Positions 13,691 through 26,599 of a stretch of DNA of 64,000 nt are shown piece after piece (positions within the stretch are counted from its first letter, which is position 1; every line of letters begins with the position of its first letter). The notes beneath the pieces were generated by a model. The model ran no database searches. It was not told where the DNA came from and was given only the letters and a program-made list of their open reading frames with translations. Source of the stretch: Takakia lepidozioides (lineage: Eukaryota > Plantae > Bryophyta). The DNA is taken from positions 36,580,001-36,644,000 of the forward strand of contig CM060731.1 in NCBI GenBank assembly GCA_030704615.1, in the 5' to 3' direction. A program made the translations under genes and the position numbers.

Positions 13691-14643
13691 GTAATTAGAA
13701 ATTACATATACAATACATTGTCCTCATTGTCAGTCTGAATTTTTTGTTATTTTTTATGATACATGTATTTCTCTCTAGTGTAAGGTAAAACAAATGGGGC
13801 AAATGACATGGTGTTGAAATCAGATTTCATGTTATCTTCCTGTCATTTGATTTATCTATGTAATAGTTTGTACATAGATCTCTACTGCATTTCATAGATC
13901 CCTTTACCTTAATGCAAGTTCGACATGCACTTCAGCACTATCAAATTTCATCATTAGTAAGATCAACCCTTATGAGTATTGTGGCATGTTATGTACACAC
14001 AGGGTGACTATCTTTATCTCATTAGTGTTTCATTTCATTAGTGTTTCAAGTCTGAATGGGTAGTGTAGTGGTATGAACTAGGCTTGATACCCGATAGGTT
14101 GTGGGTTCTATCTCTGATGGACATTATGTTTTTGTAAAATAAAAATGTTTCAGAAGATATATATATAGATACTGCAAAACCTATGTAACAAAGCTCCCTA
14201 GCATTGTCAAGCTCCCTAGCATTCCCTTAGCATTGCTCCATTCTGAACTTCAAACTAGACTCCCACCATTGGAAGAGCCCGTACCTTCACCATTTGTATC
14301 TAACAAGGAGCCGTGCCTCGTCACTTTTTAATTTTTCGACCTTTTTTCTCATGTTGGAAAGCCATAAAAGCAACATGTTCATCTCCCATTCCTACACTCA
14401 CCCATGTGGAATAATAATACAATGAATATGGAATATTCTATATAGAATATTCTTATTCCATCCTTTGATATTTTGACTATGGACCCTAAGATTAGATGAA
14501 TCACAATTATTTATTTATTTTTGGGTACCCTTATTTAAGTGTTGTGCATATAAAATTGTTCCTATGCATATCTAAAATTTGTATGCACGCATACATTCCT
14601 CCATATGCATGCATTTGTGTGCGCATATAGTATAAGCTACCTC

Positions 14644-17600
14644 CCACTACACTACCCATTCAGACTTGAAACTCTAATGAAATGAAACACTAATGAGATA
14701 AAGATAGTCACCCTGTGTGTACATAACATGCCACAATACTCATAAGGGTTGATCTTACTAATGATGAAATTTGATAGTGCTGAAGTGTATGTCGAACTTG
14801 CATTCAGGTAAATGGATCTATGAAATGCAGAAGAGATCTATGTATAAACTATTACATAGATAAATCAAATGACAGGAAGATAACATGAAATCTGATTTCA
14901 ACACCATGTCATTTGCCCCATTTGTTTTACCTTACACTAGAGAGAAATACATGTATCATAAAAAATAACAAAAAATTCAGACTGACAATGAGGACAATGT
15001 ATTGTATATGTAATTTCTAATTACCTACATAACATCATCAGCTGATACTTCATCATCCGTGTCATAAGCCTATGATTCAGAGGCATACACATCCATGAAA
15101 GCCTCAACTCTAGCAACCTATCCACGGATTGTCCAACAATAGCTGCTCTTCGGTCAAACAACAGATCATTGGAAAGACCTACATCACGTTGTTGATGTAT
15201 TGAATGCAAAGCTTGGGACTCGGCATACGAAGGTAGATAAAACGATGAAAGAGGACTTTGGGGTAGACTATCATAGATGGTCCGCACAATCCCATCACTG
15301 CATCACACATACATGTATACTTATGTTAACAAATCAAATGGGAATGGTTTGCTTTGCAAATAATATAGAGATTGCAACAAAGAGAATGGAGGCGAGACAT
15401 ACTCACTAGGAAGTACTGCCGAGATGAAGACCAAGCTTGCGCACCACTTTAGGAGCGGGGGGTTCCAACAAACTCACAGGACGTTGAATGGTTGGAGTTA
15501 CCACAGATGAAACCAAAACAGGTTGAGTATTTTGAAGTGCAGAGAGACGTGCTGCATACAACGTCTGGTCCCCCTCAAGACCAAATACGTGACGTCCAGA
15601 CTCGCGGGCAGCAATAAATGTAGAACTTGCAGGAAAAAAACATGCAATGATGATATTATATCGGATAACATTAATGATCATGAATCAGCTCAGAAGATTT
15701 TAATTACAAAATGGAGACCAATGCAAACCTGTGCCAGCTGTGAGATCCAAAATGCGAGAGCCAGGAGGTGAGCATATCTCCAACAACACTTTGCATGAAG
15801 GCGGGACTACGGTCTCGCGCACCCCTCCAGGCTTGTTGAGGAGTTTGCATGGGTAGTGCAACATCTGGAATGTGGTTGTAGATGGCATCCAACTCAACAG
15901 GGTCTGCAAGGGGGTCCACAACTTTGCCAGACTCACGCAGTTTGAATAGTCCTCCTTGCTTGGTGAGGACATGGGCGTGGAAGAACATGGTCTGTTAGAC
16001 GTGCCATTTCCACAAAAACAGTGCACCCGGATGGTTTAATAATATGTATGAGAGTAGGAAGATGAAACATCAAACAATGAGATATTGAATAGGGATGATT
16101 TTTACCTTTCCTGTCTGAGTGTGTAGAGGGGTGGTATTGATGCAAGTATATTTCCTTGATAATACGGAAATAGAGCTGCCCCTGGAGTAAGAAAAGAGCT
16201 CCAATGCAAATGAATCATCGGAGCCCTGCAAGAACACCAAGCATACATTGTCATCCAACAGGTCATTAGCAATGGAGAATGCATACTCCCAATACCGTTT
16301 ATCAAAAGCATTCCAGGGAGGAACCTGTAACCATCCAAACAGCCCTGTACAGGCATTCCTGTTGGGCAGTCCACGATGATCATGTCCACAGCCACAGGCA
16401 CGCTTTTTCCATCCACAACACTAGACCAAGTTCCTGGCAACTGCAAACAACATACAGAAAATATAGGAGTCAATAGCCGGATGATGAGGATATAAAAACA
16501 TCGAAGAATTCCTTACATTCAAGTTTGTTTGTTGGGGGAAACTCACATTTTTTAAGAACTCCATGAGCTCTTTCAAGGTCGCATCAGGAGATGTACTTGA
16601 GGCCTCCACCATATCAATGAAATGAGTAGGCATGATCTTCATGCGATACATGCTAGGTGCACCACCAGAAAATGACACTGCACTATAAGGATGTTCGCCT
16701 GCCTTTGGCTTGTTTCCTCGAGTAGTAGGTGCAGGCACTACAACCAACTGATTTGAAGGATGTGAAGAACTACCAATAGGACCAGCAATAGAAGCCACAC
16801 CTGCATTGGGGGCCACACCTGCATTGACATCCGCACATTTTCTTTTTCGTGATTTGCGTTTTGGTACACCCACAACGGCAGGGACCACTTCGGCTACAGC
16901 GTGTGTAGCAATCTGTTCTGCATGCTCCAGATCAAGAACATGGACTTCAGTGGAGATACCCCCTTCATCACTCACTGACTGCCTGCGAACACATTCCTTA
17001 TGAAGTCCCATTTCTGTATAGGGGATAGTACCCTTGGGCATATCCAAATACCAACCCCCCCCTTCCCGGTGTTCCACACCCCAATCTTCGTTAATTGCAG
17101 GTGTGTACATGGAAGCTTGTTGAGCACCAAACTTCAGGCCATCAGAAACTTGGGCTCAGCCTTAAGTCGATCACTCGGTACAAGCACAAATCTCATGTAC
17201 CTAAAATACAAACACATTCAAAGTTATTGTGGAGACAAATATTTATGCAACCTGTTCAACAATTGAACAAGCACATTAAGAAACATGTATATCCCAATGT
17301 ACTAGAAAAATACTTGAAGCATAGACATTTTTGACTTACAAGGTGTATAAACTATCCATGTACAATGCAATGGAAAGATGATACCTGAATAAAATCCGTC
17401 TCACCACCTTCTCCCCACCTGTTTGTTGTTCCCAATCATTGCCTCTGAATGGCCCCTTTGGCAATGAGAACTCTCTATGAAACAACTCATTGAAATGAGT
17501 CATCTTCCATGTATCCATGTAGTCTCCTAGACTCTCACTCTCTCCTTCCTCCAAGGCAACATGAAATTGGCCAAGCTGAGTGGTGTACAAAGCAAACTGA

Positions 17601-20600
17601 GCCAAGGCAACCTTGCGAAGCTGCCAGAAAATACAGTCAGTTAAATAACTATGTTAATGTGTCATCAACAAAATGAATTAATTGCATTGAGAAGATAGTG
17701 ATTGTATATGTACCTGCCACCAAAAAGTCCTTCTATTCAGCCAAGGATCAAGTGTTGGCCCACTGATAGGCCCGGGTGGAAAAAAATTACGGTCGTGAAG
17801 TGTTTGGTCTCCATTCCATATATGTAGCCATTCCACCTTTTCTTCAGGATCCACCCGGGCGGTAGCAATGTTCACCATTTTCTCTTGGGTCATTTCCTCT
17901 GATCCTGCCTTTACACGTGACCAATGCAGTTTAAGTTCTTGGAGAAACCCCTCTCCAAGGGTTGGATCAGCAATAGGAAGCAACTTCACAAGCTGACTCT
18001 TGTGTTGCTCCCTTGCTTTCAATCCAGCCTGTCTCATTGTATCTTCAAGGCCCTCTTGACTCTTTGGCCCCTCAGCAAGTTTGTAAGCTTCCCCCGCCAT
18101 GCGTTGGGCCTCAACAATATCATGCTGCCAAAAGAACCAAAACAGTTCATAACATGAACCAGAGGTGAATCTTGTCTATGGATGCAAAGAATGAAACTTG
18201 GTTAAGACATGATGTTACCTTGTACAAAATCTCTGTCATTGCATGGACTGTCAGGTTATACCAAGTCTTTCCTGCTTTCTTGATGCATTCGTCGTATTGC
18301 TCTTTCCTCAATACATTCTTCCATTCAGAGACAGGTGTAAGGCCAATCATATTGACCTTGCAAACCAAGTGCACAAATTTGGATGTAACATGTGCCCTCT
18401 CTGTTGCCCTGCACATATAAAATATGATCATTAGAAAGAAGATGTGTATATGTACATCCATTGAGCAAGAACATGACAACATTGAACATGAAAGTAAATG
18501 AAGAATAGAAAGGAAACTCACACATTCACTCCATCCATGATGGACCTGAGGGAACCACGATTTTCAATGTCCGCATTGAGCACCCAACTTGTCACACAGA
18601 CATGTCTTGACAAGTTGGCCCCATGAACTTCATTGATATAGGGATACCATGCTTGAAGCCTATGATTCCCATCCCAGACATGAAACATCTTCCCCCGAAG
18701 ATGATGCAACTTTGGCTTGGACTCAAGATACTTCTCAAACTCATCATTGACTGTTTTCCAATGACTATCCCATGTAGAGATGATATCAGGACCTACATCT
18801 AGAGTAGATCCATCAATCCCCTCAACAGAAACATAGAACACGGCTGCTCCTGGATGGTATCCAGAATAGAAGTCTCCTCTAAGCTTTAGGATGTCGTTGG
18901 CAAGGGCGGGCCAAACAACCTGCATAGAAATCATGCGACACAATGGAATGTCCATAACTCCATCCTCAATGAGGAGGGACCTGAAAGTTACATTCAGATC
19001 TTGTTTCTTTTCCAGAATAATTGCCTGTTTGGCATCTAGAGAAAGATGATCACTAGATGTTGTATCCTCTTCATACTCATCTGCCCCCCAATTCCCTGCA
19101 TCAATGTCGTCAATAATGGTTGCAAGCGTCCCGGCCTCCACAGCTTCAGTTGTAGTAGTAATTTCCTAATTCCATAGACCAAAACAGTTCAAGATGTCAG
19201 TGTATGAGAAGAGCACATGTGTGAATGTATAATATGTAAAAAGAGCAGTTCAGTGTCATGGTTGCATGAAGAAAACAAATGAATTTGGATAGTCAACTAA
19301 TTCCATGAATATCCTTGTCTTTCAAAGCTTACAACTTGGAGCAGAATACAGGCCTGAGCATCCCGACAGAGGACCTCCGACCACCTACGCCGGCGCATAT
19401 GACACATATGTGCAACCAACTCAAAATTTGACAAGATTTGAGGCCCTTGAAGAAATTTTTGCTCAAGGAGCTCCAAGCATATGCGCCGGCGCATACCATG
19501 GAAGGGAGGTTGTAGCCAAACATACATGAGCACCTTGAAAGATCAAACTATCTATGGAAGCATGTGGAGTTGTGGAGGTGGCAACGTAGAAGCTTTGAGA
19601 TACTTGAATACTGTGATCAACCAAAATAGGGAAGGTTCCCCAAGCGTCTGCGCCGACGGAGGTGGCAGCCTCGACACTTTGGAGCTTACGTAACACAAGG
19701 AATATACAACAAAAAACCAAGCTCCAAGCATCTCCGCCGGCGGAGATGCTTGCATGAGGTTCCTGAAACCTAGGAGCTAAGCAAAAAAAGATTGTGCTCA
19801 ATGGGTATGCGCCGGCGGATATGGCAGCCCAGCCCACTCGAAGCATCAACAACTTATGAGAATGCGGAGATGGAAGGGGGGGAGAACTTCCTGAAATATG
19901 TGAGCAGCCCTGCTGCACGGGTTTGCGTTGACAGAGGTGGCAGCCTTGGCGCTTTGGAGCTTCCGTAACACAGGGAATATGCAAAAAAAACCAAGCTCCA
20001 AGTGTCTCCGCCGGTGGAGACGCTTGCAGGAGGTTCCTGAAACCTATGAGCTGAGCAAAAAAGAATGTACTCAATGGGTATGCGCCGGCGGATATGCCAG
20101 CGCAGCCCACTCGGAGCATCAGCAACTTTTGAGCATGCGGAAAAACAAAGGAGATGGAAAAGGGGAGAATTTCCTGAAACATTTGAGCAGCCCTGCTGCA
20201 CAGGTATGCGCCGGCGGATACGCCAGCCCAACCCGCTCGGAGCATCAGCAACGTATGAGCATGCAAAAAAATAAACGGGATGGGAGTAGAGGAGCACTTC
20301 CTGAAACATGGAGCATCCCAGCTCCAACGGTATGCGCCGGCGGAGGTGGCAGCCCAGCCCTTCCAAGCATCAGAAAAAACCAAGGGGAATGAGCTGTCTC
20401 CGCCGGCGGAGACGGTTGTGTGTATGTGTGGAGATTCGCAAACTTGTGAGAGTTGAAGTGACTTAGGCATCTGCGCCGGCGGAGGTGCTAGATTAGGGGG
20501 CTTATGCGATGGCGCATATGCCTAAGTGCAGGTCATGAAAAAAAACAAAACTACAGCTTACCTTCTCCGTCCGCAGCTTGCCTCTACCACCACCACCACC

Positions 20601-22516
20601 ACCACCAACGCCTCCCCCTCGAGTGTCCTTCTTCCTCCCCATCGCCGCAACAGCTCGTTGCCTCGGGGTGGTATAGTATAAGGCCGAGATGCGGCGCCTC
20701 CGTCTCCTCTTCGCAACGGGAGTCTCCAGGGTGTAGAGACTAGAGACGTGTTAAGTGCTTGTGTAGTTTGTGTGTGTTTGTTTGGGGGAGTGGCAAGGGA
20801 TAATGTGCAAGTATACTAGACTACGTTAGTGTAGTAATGATACCGGGTTAGTCATGTAGTAATGGCAACAAGTTTAACTGAATAGAAACAGTTTATTAAC
20901 AAAAAAGTAGAGGTTGTTTCATTGAATAGAGCATGGCTTGTTGGTAAGGTTGTGGTGTATTTTCCACTAGGTTGCGGGTTCAAACCTGCCCCGCCAAGGA
21001 GAGCAGGGGGAAAGGGCTAAGGCCAAATTGGCCAAATCTGAAATGTGAACCTTTTTTATACACTCTGGCGTTAGTGCTTTTTGGACTACATGGGTTACAC
21101 GTGGATCCTCAGAAGATGGTTGTACGATTGACATGTTACTTTGTGGCGGCGCCTTCATAATACAATATAAAGTAAGTGATAAAGTAACTAAATATTTTGT
21201 TATGGGTGTCTTAATCAATTTATTGGTTTTAGAGCCAATTGTCGCCACAAATACTTGTACTCATTACTCATACATGAGTAATCAAAGAACAAATCAACAT
21301 ACATGTCATGGGATTTGATTGTAAATAAATTGTGCCGTCTAGTGTGTCAGTTCATAGTTGGACGATTAATCAACGATTGGTTGTAAAATAAATGGAAACA
21401 TGCAGAGCATTTATGTTTCATATGCTCATAAGAAGAAGGCAGTACATTGGATTCTAAGATCTCAACAACGGCGCCGTCGTCTTAAAAATAGGGGATAGTC
21501 CATTTAGTTGTTTCTGTCAGAGAATAATATGGATGGAGCACATGCCTCAAAAATTTGGACCTTCTGGATTGATGATACACATAAGTAATGTAAGCCATTT
21601 AATGTATTTGCATAAGGTCTTGCAAGATGTGCGCTTTCATTCATTTTGCATCTTCTCTCAAACTTTGAGGGCATTGCCAAATGTCTACACCAAAATATGC
21701 AGTGCTTTCATGTCCACCTGATGCAAAAGTGGTTCGTTATCCTTGCAATGGAAACAAGTGCATTATCCCAGAACCTTGGTTATGCAATAGATTCAAACTT
21801 GTTCCGGGTTCAGTTTTTTGGAGGATGATGGAGATGATGATGCCTCCACAGTGTTGCTTCCAGTTTTCAATGACGGCCAAAAGCAATGGGAGTTGTTTCC
21901 AGACACTTTCTCCAAGTACCGTGTCACAGGTACGAGCTATACACAGTCACATGATGAGAGGCACACTTCTATTGCAAGAAAGAACGATCAAGCTGCGACA
22001 AATGGGAGTTGTAAATTGAAGGAGGAGGTTGCAGATTCGGCGAGCTTGGGGTCTCATAATTCGGATTGTGTTGAGGTTTCTAAGAGTGTATTTTGTGGAT
22101 CTCAACCTTCCTCATCTGCTCATACGGTCTTGCTTCACGACATGAAGCCTCGGAAAACTCCATTGGACAACACCACGTCTGATTGTTGCGAATCTGCGAG
22201 GGTTTATCTTCATCTCCACGACTAGCAGGGGAGGCTACATCTGCATTTCCTTCTGGTGTGTTGTCCATTTTGAGTATCTTGGCCACTGCTCGGAGGAATG
22301 GATCAAAAGGAGAGCTTTCTACCTTGGACTATAGTCACATTCCAGTGCATCGTGTTGGTGTCTTCCTCGAGCTTTTGATGGAAAAGTGATCCACGAACTC
22401 CCCCCCGTGGTCAAACTACGTACGGACCGTGGTTCACAGTCCCTCCAAGGCATGGACCGCAAGTTTGATGGTCATCCTTGGTGCAAGACCAATACCTACA
22501 ATATGTCTGGTGTTCC
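14644..22516. repeat. Right arm of the inverted duplication
   Basis: Begins CCACTACACTACCCATT, the reverse complement of ~14055-14071. Ends ...ATGTCTGGTGTTCC at 22516. Confidence 0.97.
15021..20642 (-). pseudogene. Spliced ParB-like + N6A/N4C methyltransferase-fold gene, copy 2
   Basis: Mirror of 8078-13690. The ParB exon is open (18518-19141: DIPLCRMISMQVVWPAL...WDGNHRLQAW). Frameshifts in later exons (~15790, ~16328, ~17060-17140). Confidence 0.8.
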
Positions 22517-25203
22517 AGATCATGTGAAATGTAGTAAGGTTCTTTGTGTTGGAAAGCTCATATGTCAAAGCAGCACTTGCCCCTTCTTCAAGAAAGAAGG
22601 AGAACGGAATGACCGCTATTGGGAAGGCAATGCAGACAAGGTGTTCATTGCAGGAGCCCAAGTTCCATTCAACCAGTTCAAGTGTAGTTTTTGCAAAGAA
22701 AGACCTTTCTGTGAGGCGCATTGTGGGGCAAGAATGTACTATGTCACAAGTTCCCTTCCAACATATACACGTGTTGCAGTTCACGTTGGGTTTCATAACC
22801 ATCCATGTGCCAAGGGCGAGAATAGAGAGGTTGCGGAAAATGCATCAAGCATGATTCAAGAGCACGTTAAGATGAAGCCATGGTCGACCCCGGGAGCTAT
22901 TTCCTTGTCAATGGCCCAAAAGCTCTTGATTGATCGAGTTCTTGTGGCTGATGGCACAGAGACAGTACGTCTTGAGGGAGAGGCTTTGGAAGATATTCTT
23001 GAAGAGTTTGCCCATGTTTGTAGCCCCAATGTGAAAAACAAGGTCGCATCTGCACGTGTCAATTCCATCATGTCCATATTGGAGTTGAAGCGTCTGAGTA
23101 CATACCATTTCATTCACAGCAATCTCCTTCCAGGCCAGCATACTTCTCATCTCCCCCATGTTTTCAAGATGTCTGTTGCTGGTCCCAGGAGTGGTGTTGA
23201 TCTTGTGCGTCGCATGAGTGAGGGGGATCTACGCACAAGTTGGGTAGTATTTGACCATGTCAAACGCATCAAGGATTGGACAACTTTTGCGTGTCATGTC
23301 TATGAACCATATGTCAAGCGAATGATGACCATTGCCATTTGCGATATGAAAACAGAGGATGCAGATGCTCAGGTGTTATTCTGGGAGATGATCAATGAAC
23401 AAGCAAAACTTGCTGGCTTGAACAAACCAAATTTTGCTGGCTTCATGGCGGATGCAGCAGGAGCGAATTGGGCTGTTGTTCGAAGGGTTTATGGATCTGA
23501 TCCCAATGTCCCAATGGAAGGTAAAGAAAGAACATGTTTATATCATTGGGCTGAAAGCCTCCGAAGACACACCAACGACTATATCTTGGAGGACTTCCGT
23601 GAAAGGCACACTCAGCTCTGTTATGAATGGAAAGATAGTGCTACCTTGGAGGATGCTACAACCACATACATTGCAATTCGGGCTTGGTGGCTCTCTTCAG
23701 GAGCATGCACAGAAAAGAGTCTGCCAAAACTAGATTCATGGCTTGCATGGTGGCACTACAGATATCGAATGTGGGGCCAATGGATGAGAGAGGACATGGA
23801 TGTGGAGGCAGATGCAGATATGCCTACCACTAATTTGTCTGAGGCAGTCCATTCTGCTTGGTGGAAGACAGCAGGCAATGGGAAAAAAATGAAGGTGGAT
23901 CTATATGAGGCCACCATGCATGACATGTCACGAGCTCTTTTGCAGCAGGCAACATTTTACAGGCACACCACAGGAAAGACATGGGGGACGGGGCCCGACA
24001 AAGAGGAGCTCATGTTGCGTCAAACAGCTAGATCTAATAGCCCAGCAAAAATGGGTAAGGTTGTACGTGGCATAATAGCTGGAACACCCATGCACACAAG
24101 GGGGGTTCAATTGGAGGGAGACAATCGCACTATTCCAGTCAAACGCAAGTTAGGCGATGAGCATGGTGGGCCAAACGAATCTTGGAGGTGTGATATGAAT
24201 GTAAAGACTGTTCCAGTGCGCGCCACTGGGATGCCCAGTCCACACCAGCCATCTAGGTTTGTCAGCTCCAAATCAAGTCATGACATTCCTAGTTCTTCGA
24301 CTTTCTGTGAGACAAATCCACATGTTGCTATCCCTCCTCAGCCAAATCCAGTGAGAGAGACACAAGACTTTTTCGATGCATTAATTGTTCAGGATTCAGC
24401 GGACAGGTCCTGCTTCCATGGTTCGTTGTTCTACCTTGGTTGGAGTTTCCAAGGATAAATGCAAAGCGCTCATCAGGAAAGGTAAAGGAAGTCATGCACC
24501 TTGCTTCACTGGCAAGTTACTAGCACCGAACATGAAAGAACCAAAACTGCAAGTTTTTTGGTTTTGCCCCACAGATGTTTTGTCGTGTGTTGGAGGGACC
24601 GTGCCATCCTATTGCTTGGGAAAACCGGGTATACCTAACGTGTGGCCTGTGAAGGTTGGAACCAACCTTACACAAGAAGAGGTGGACAACTTGACCCTTG
24701 CAGGTTTTCGACTAGTCCATCCTCCCAACGTTCCTGATCCAAACTTTCCTGTGGGACCACTTCCAGTGGAACAACATATTCATCAAGGTGTTGTCCTTCC
24801 TGTGGGTAAGTATCCCACTACACGCTATGGGGTGCGCATTCGGCGTCAGGATCCGACTCCTCGACACTTGAGTCGCCAAGAGTCAGCGGAGACTTGCTGA
24901 GGTTCGTGGATTCAGAAACGTGCCTCAGCCAGGTTATGGGAGAATTTACCAGCTACAAATAGAGGGATCTACCAGAGCAGGATTGGTTTACAATGTATAC
25001 ATTGGTCAGTTTCCATCTTATGATTGTCCCGACTTTGATGAGCTATCTGTCAAGAAGAAAAAACAAACATATCTACCTTGTAAGCACATGTACTTCATGT
25101 ACAACATCTAGGATGCGCCGGGGCTTATGAGATCCACCAACCTTCCCTTAGCCAGTTAGAGATTAGGGCTATGCTAAAGAAGGACCCTAGTTCAACTTCT
25201 TAG
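21681..25203 (+). pseudogene. Mutator-like DDE transposase with GCM/WRKY-like Zn domain and C-terminal SWIM finger (frameshifted)
   Basis: 690-aa open core 22386-24458: CSFCK...HCGARMYYV...HVGFHNHPC, FDHVKR (D), FMADAAG (D), CLYHW (CxxH), TTNLSEAVH (E). SWIM-like (Y)DCPDF...PCKHMY at ~25020-25095. Confidence 0.85.
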
Positions 25204-25810
25204 TGACACATGAAATGCACAAAAAAAGAACCTCTAACTTGTGCCGTTCATTTTCATGCATGTGACATGTAATTATCTTGTTACTACTTTATTCCAAACA
25301 TGACACATAGCATTTGTTAGTACAGAAGTTCCTATTTTGGTTAAAATGGAACTTGTGTACCTGTCATACAAGTTTTCAAATTATAGAACTGCTTGGCATT
25401 ACAAACAGACATGCAATGTGGTGGTTCAAGACATGACACATATGCATTTGTTAGTACAAAAGTCCATATTTTGGTTAATATGAAACTGTTTTCCTTGAAT
25501 ACAAGTTTGCAAACTATTACTTGGCCAGGGATCTTGTATTCTCTTCAGTTTAAGGTGGTGCATTAGTTGGAGTTAGTGGTCACATGCATCTTTGACCATT
25601 GACTACTGATTTTGTTAGCTAAGATTATTTATTTATTTTTCTATATACATATGATGTAACATTTGCATATGCAATAAATACGTCGTATTCTATGTTATAT
25701 AACTCCACTGCATACAATCTACAATGTGTGCATACAAATTTGTCACATGCATATATAATAAGGGATTTTGTGCATGCATGCACGCAACCTGTGCATATGG
25801 AATAGCAACC

Positions 25811-26045
25811 CCAGCAGGACTACCTACACTGCTCAGCTTCCAAGGATCGCATGCTTTCCGGGATAATGGACCTGGCCTCCTGTGGGATGCTCAGTTGCAG
25901 CAATTAGTGGAGCCTAATGCCGACGAGCGAGAGCGGGCTATGGGTTTTTCCACTGGGACCACGGCGGTGCCTTCTCTTTCTGAGGCATCACGTCATCAGG
26001 TGTTGGGGCACGCAATGAATCTAAATTGCTTGACCTGGATTATCA
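25811..26045 (+). pseudogene. C-terminal part of a cytosine-5 DNA methyltransferase (TRD 'PTL', motifs IX-X)
   Basis: LPTL...EPNADERERAMGFSTGTTAVPSLSEASRHQVLGHAM resembles the DNMT3-type E-x-ER-x-x-GFP-x-x-x-T...S-x-x-x-R-x-x-x-LG pattern. Confidence 0.8.
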
Positions 26046-26599
26046 GCTTGACTATGGCTAAGCAACGAAGAGTGCGGAGTGCACTTCCCTTGACGGTCTC
26101 TCTGCCTACCGAGACGGTACAGGCAGTGAGTGGGGGCGAGCCGGTGAGGACCACAGGGTGTAGACATCCATGGCACACGTGGGAGGTGCTCGAGGTTCAA
26201 AGGGAGTTGGCAGCCAATGCGGCTGTGATGGATGAGGTTGGGGATTCTTCTCGAGTTGAGGAGGTCCTCAAGGATGAGATGATGGGGCAGGATGAGGCCT
26301 TGTCATTGACTGAACAGGCAGGGAGTACTGCTCAAGAGGTTGCGGCATAGCAACCACGAGACGCGTCCTCTACCTCTAAGTCTGCTGGACTTAAGGTTGC
26401 AGTTACGAAGGGCAATTGGGAGCCTGACATTGGACCTATTGTCACTAGAGGAGAGAGACGACGTATACGGCGGTTCCTAAGGCTTACATGAATTGCTTTG
26501 CCTCTCGTGCTACGGTGGAGGAGCATGAGAAACATGTTCAGGTTGTGCATCGACCGGGTTTGGTCAATAGGGATGCGGATGGATTGAGTCGCAATCCCA

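Larger units (their letters stand above)
6151..14071. repeat. Left arm of a ~7.9 kb inverted duplication (Mutator-like element copy 1, truncated)
   Basis: Near-identical reverse complement of 14644-22516; mirrored ORFs such as 10631-11053(+) and 17678-18100(-). Confidence 0.97.
14480..25805 (+). mobile_element. Mutator-like (MULE) DNA transposon copy 2 carrying transposase and ParB-MTase gene; termini uncertain
   Basis: Divergently oriented transposase and accessory gene. Both ends are rich in TGCATA motifs with partial inverted similarity (~14570-14620 vs ~25725-25800). No clean TIR or TSD seen. Confidence 0.65.

Noticed and set aside
14058-14120. Functional tRNA gene
   Set aside because: Only A/B-box-like motifs are present; acceptor and anticodon stems do not pair.
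14431-14452. 22-bp AT palindrome as the symmetry centre of the large inverted repeat
   Set aside because: It is off-centre in the spacer and low-complexity.
25724-25805. Start of the 208-aa ORF as a real N-terminus
   Set aside because: The first ~28 codons come from TGCATA-rich flank fused by chance to the DNMT fragment.
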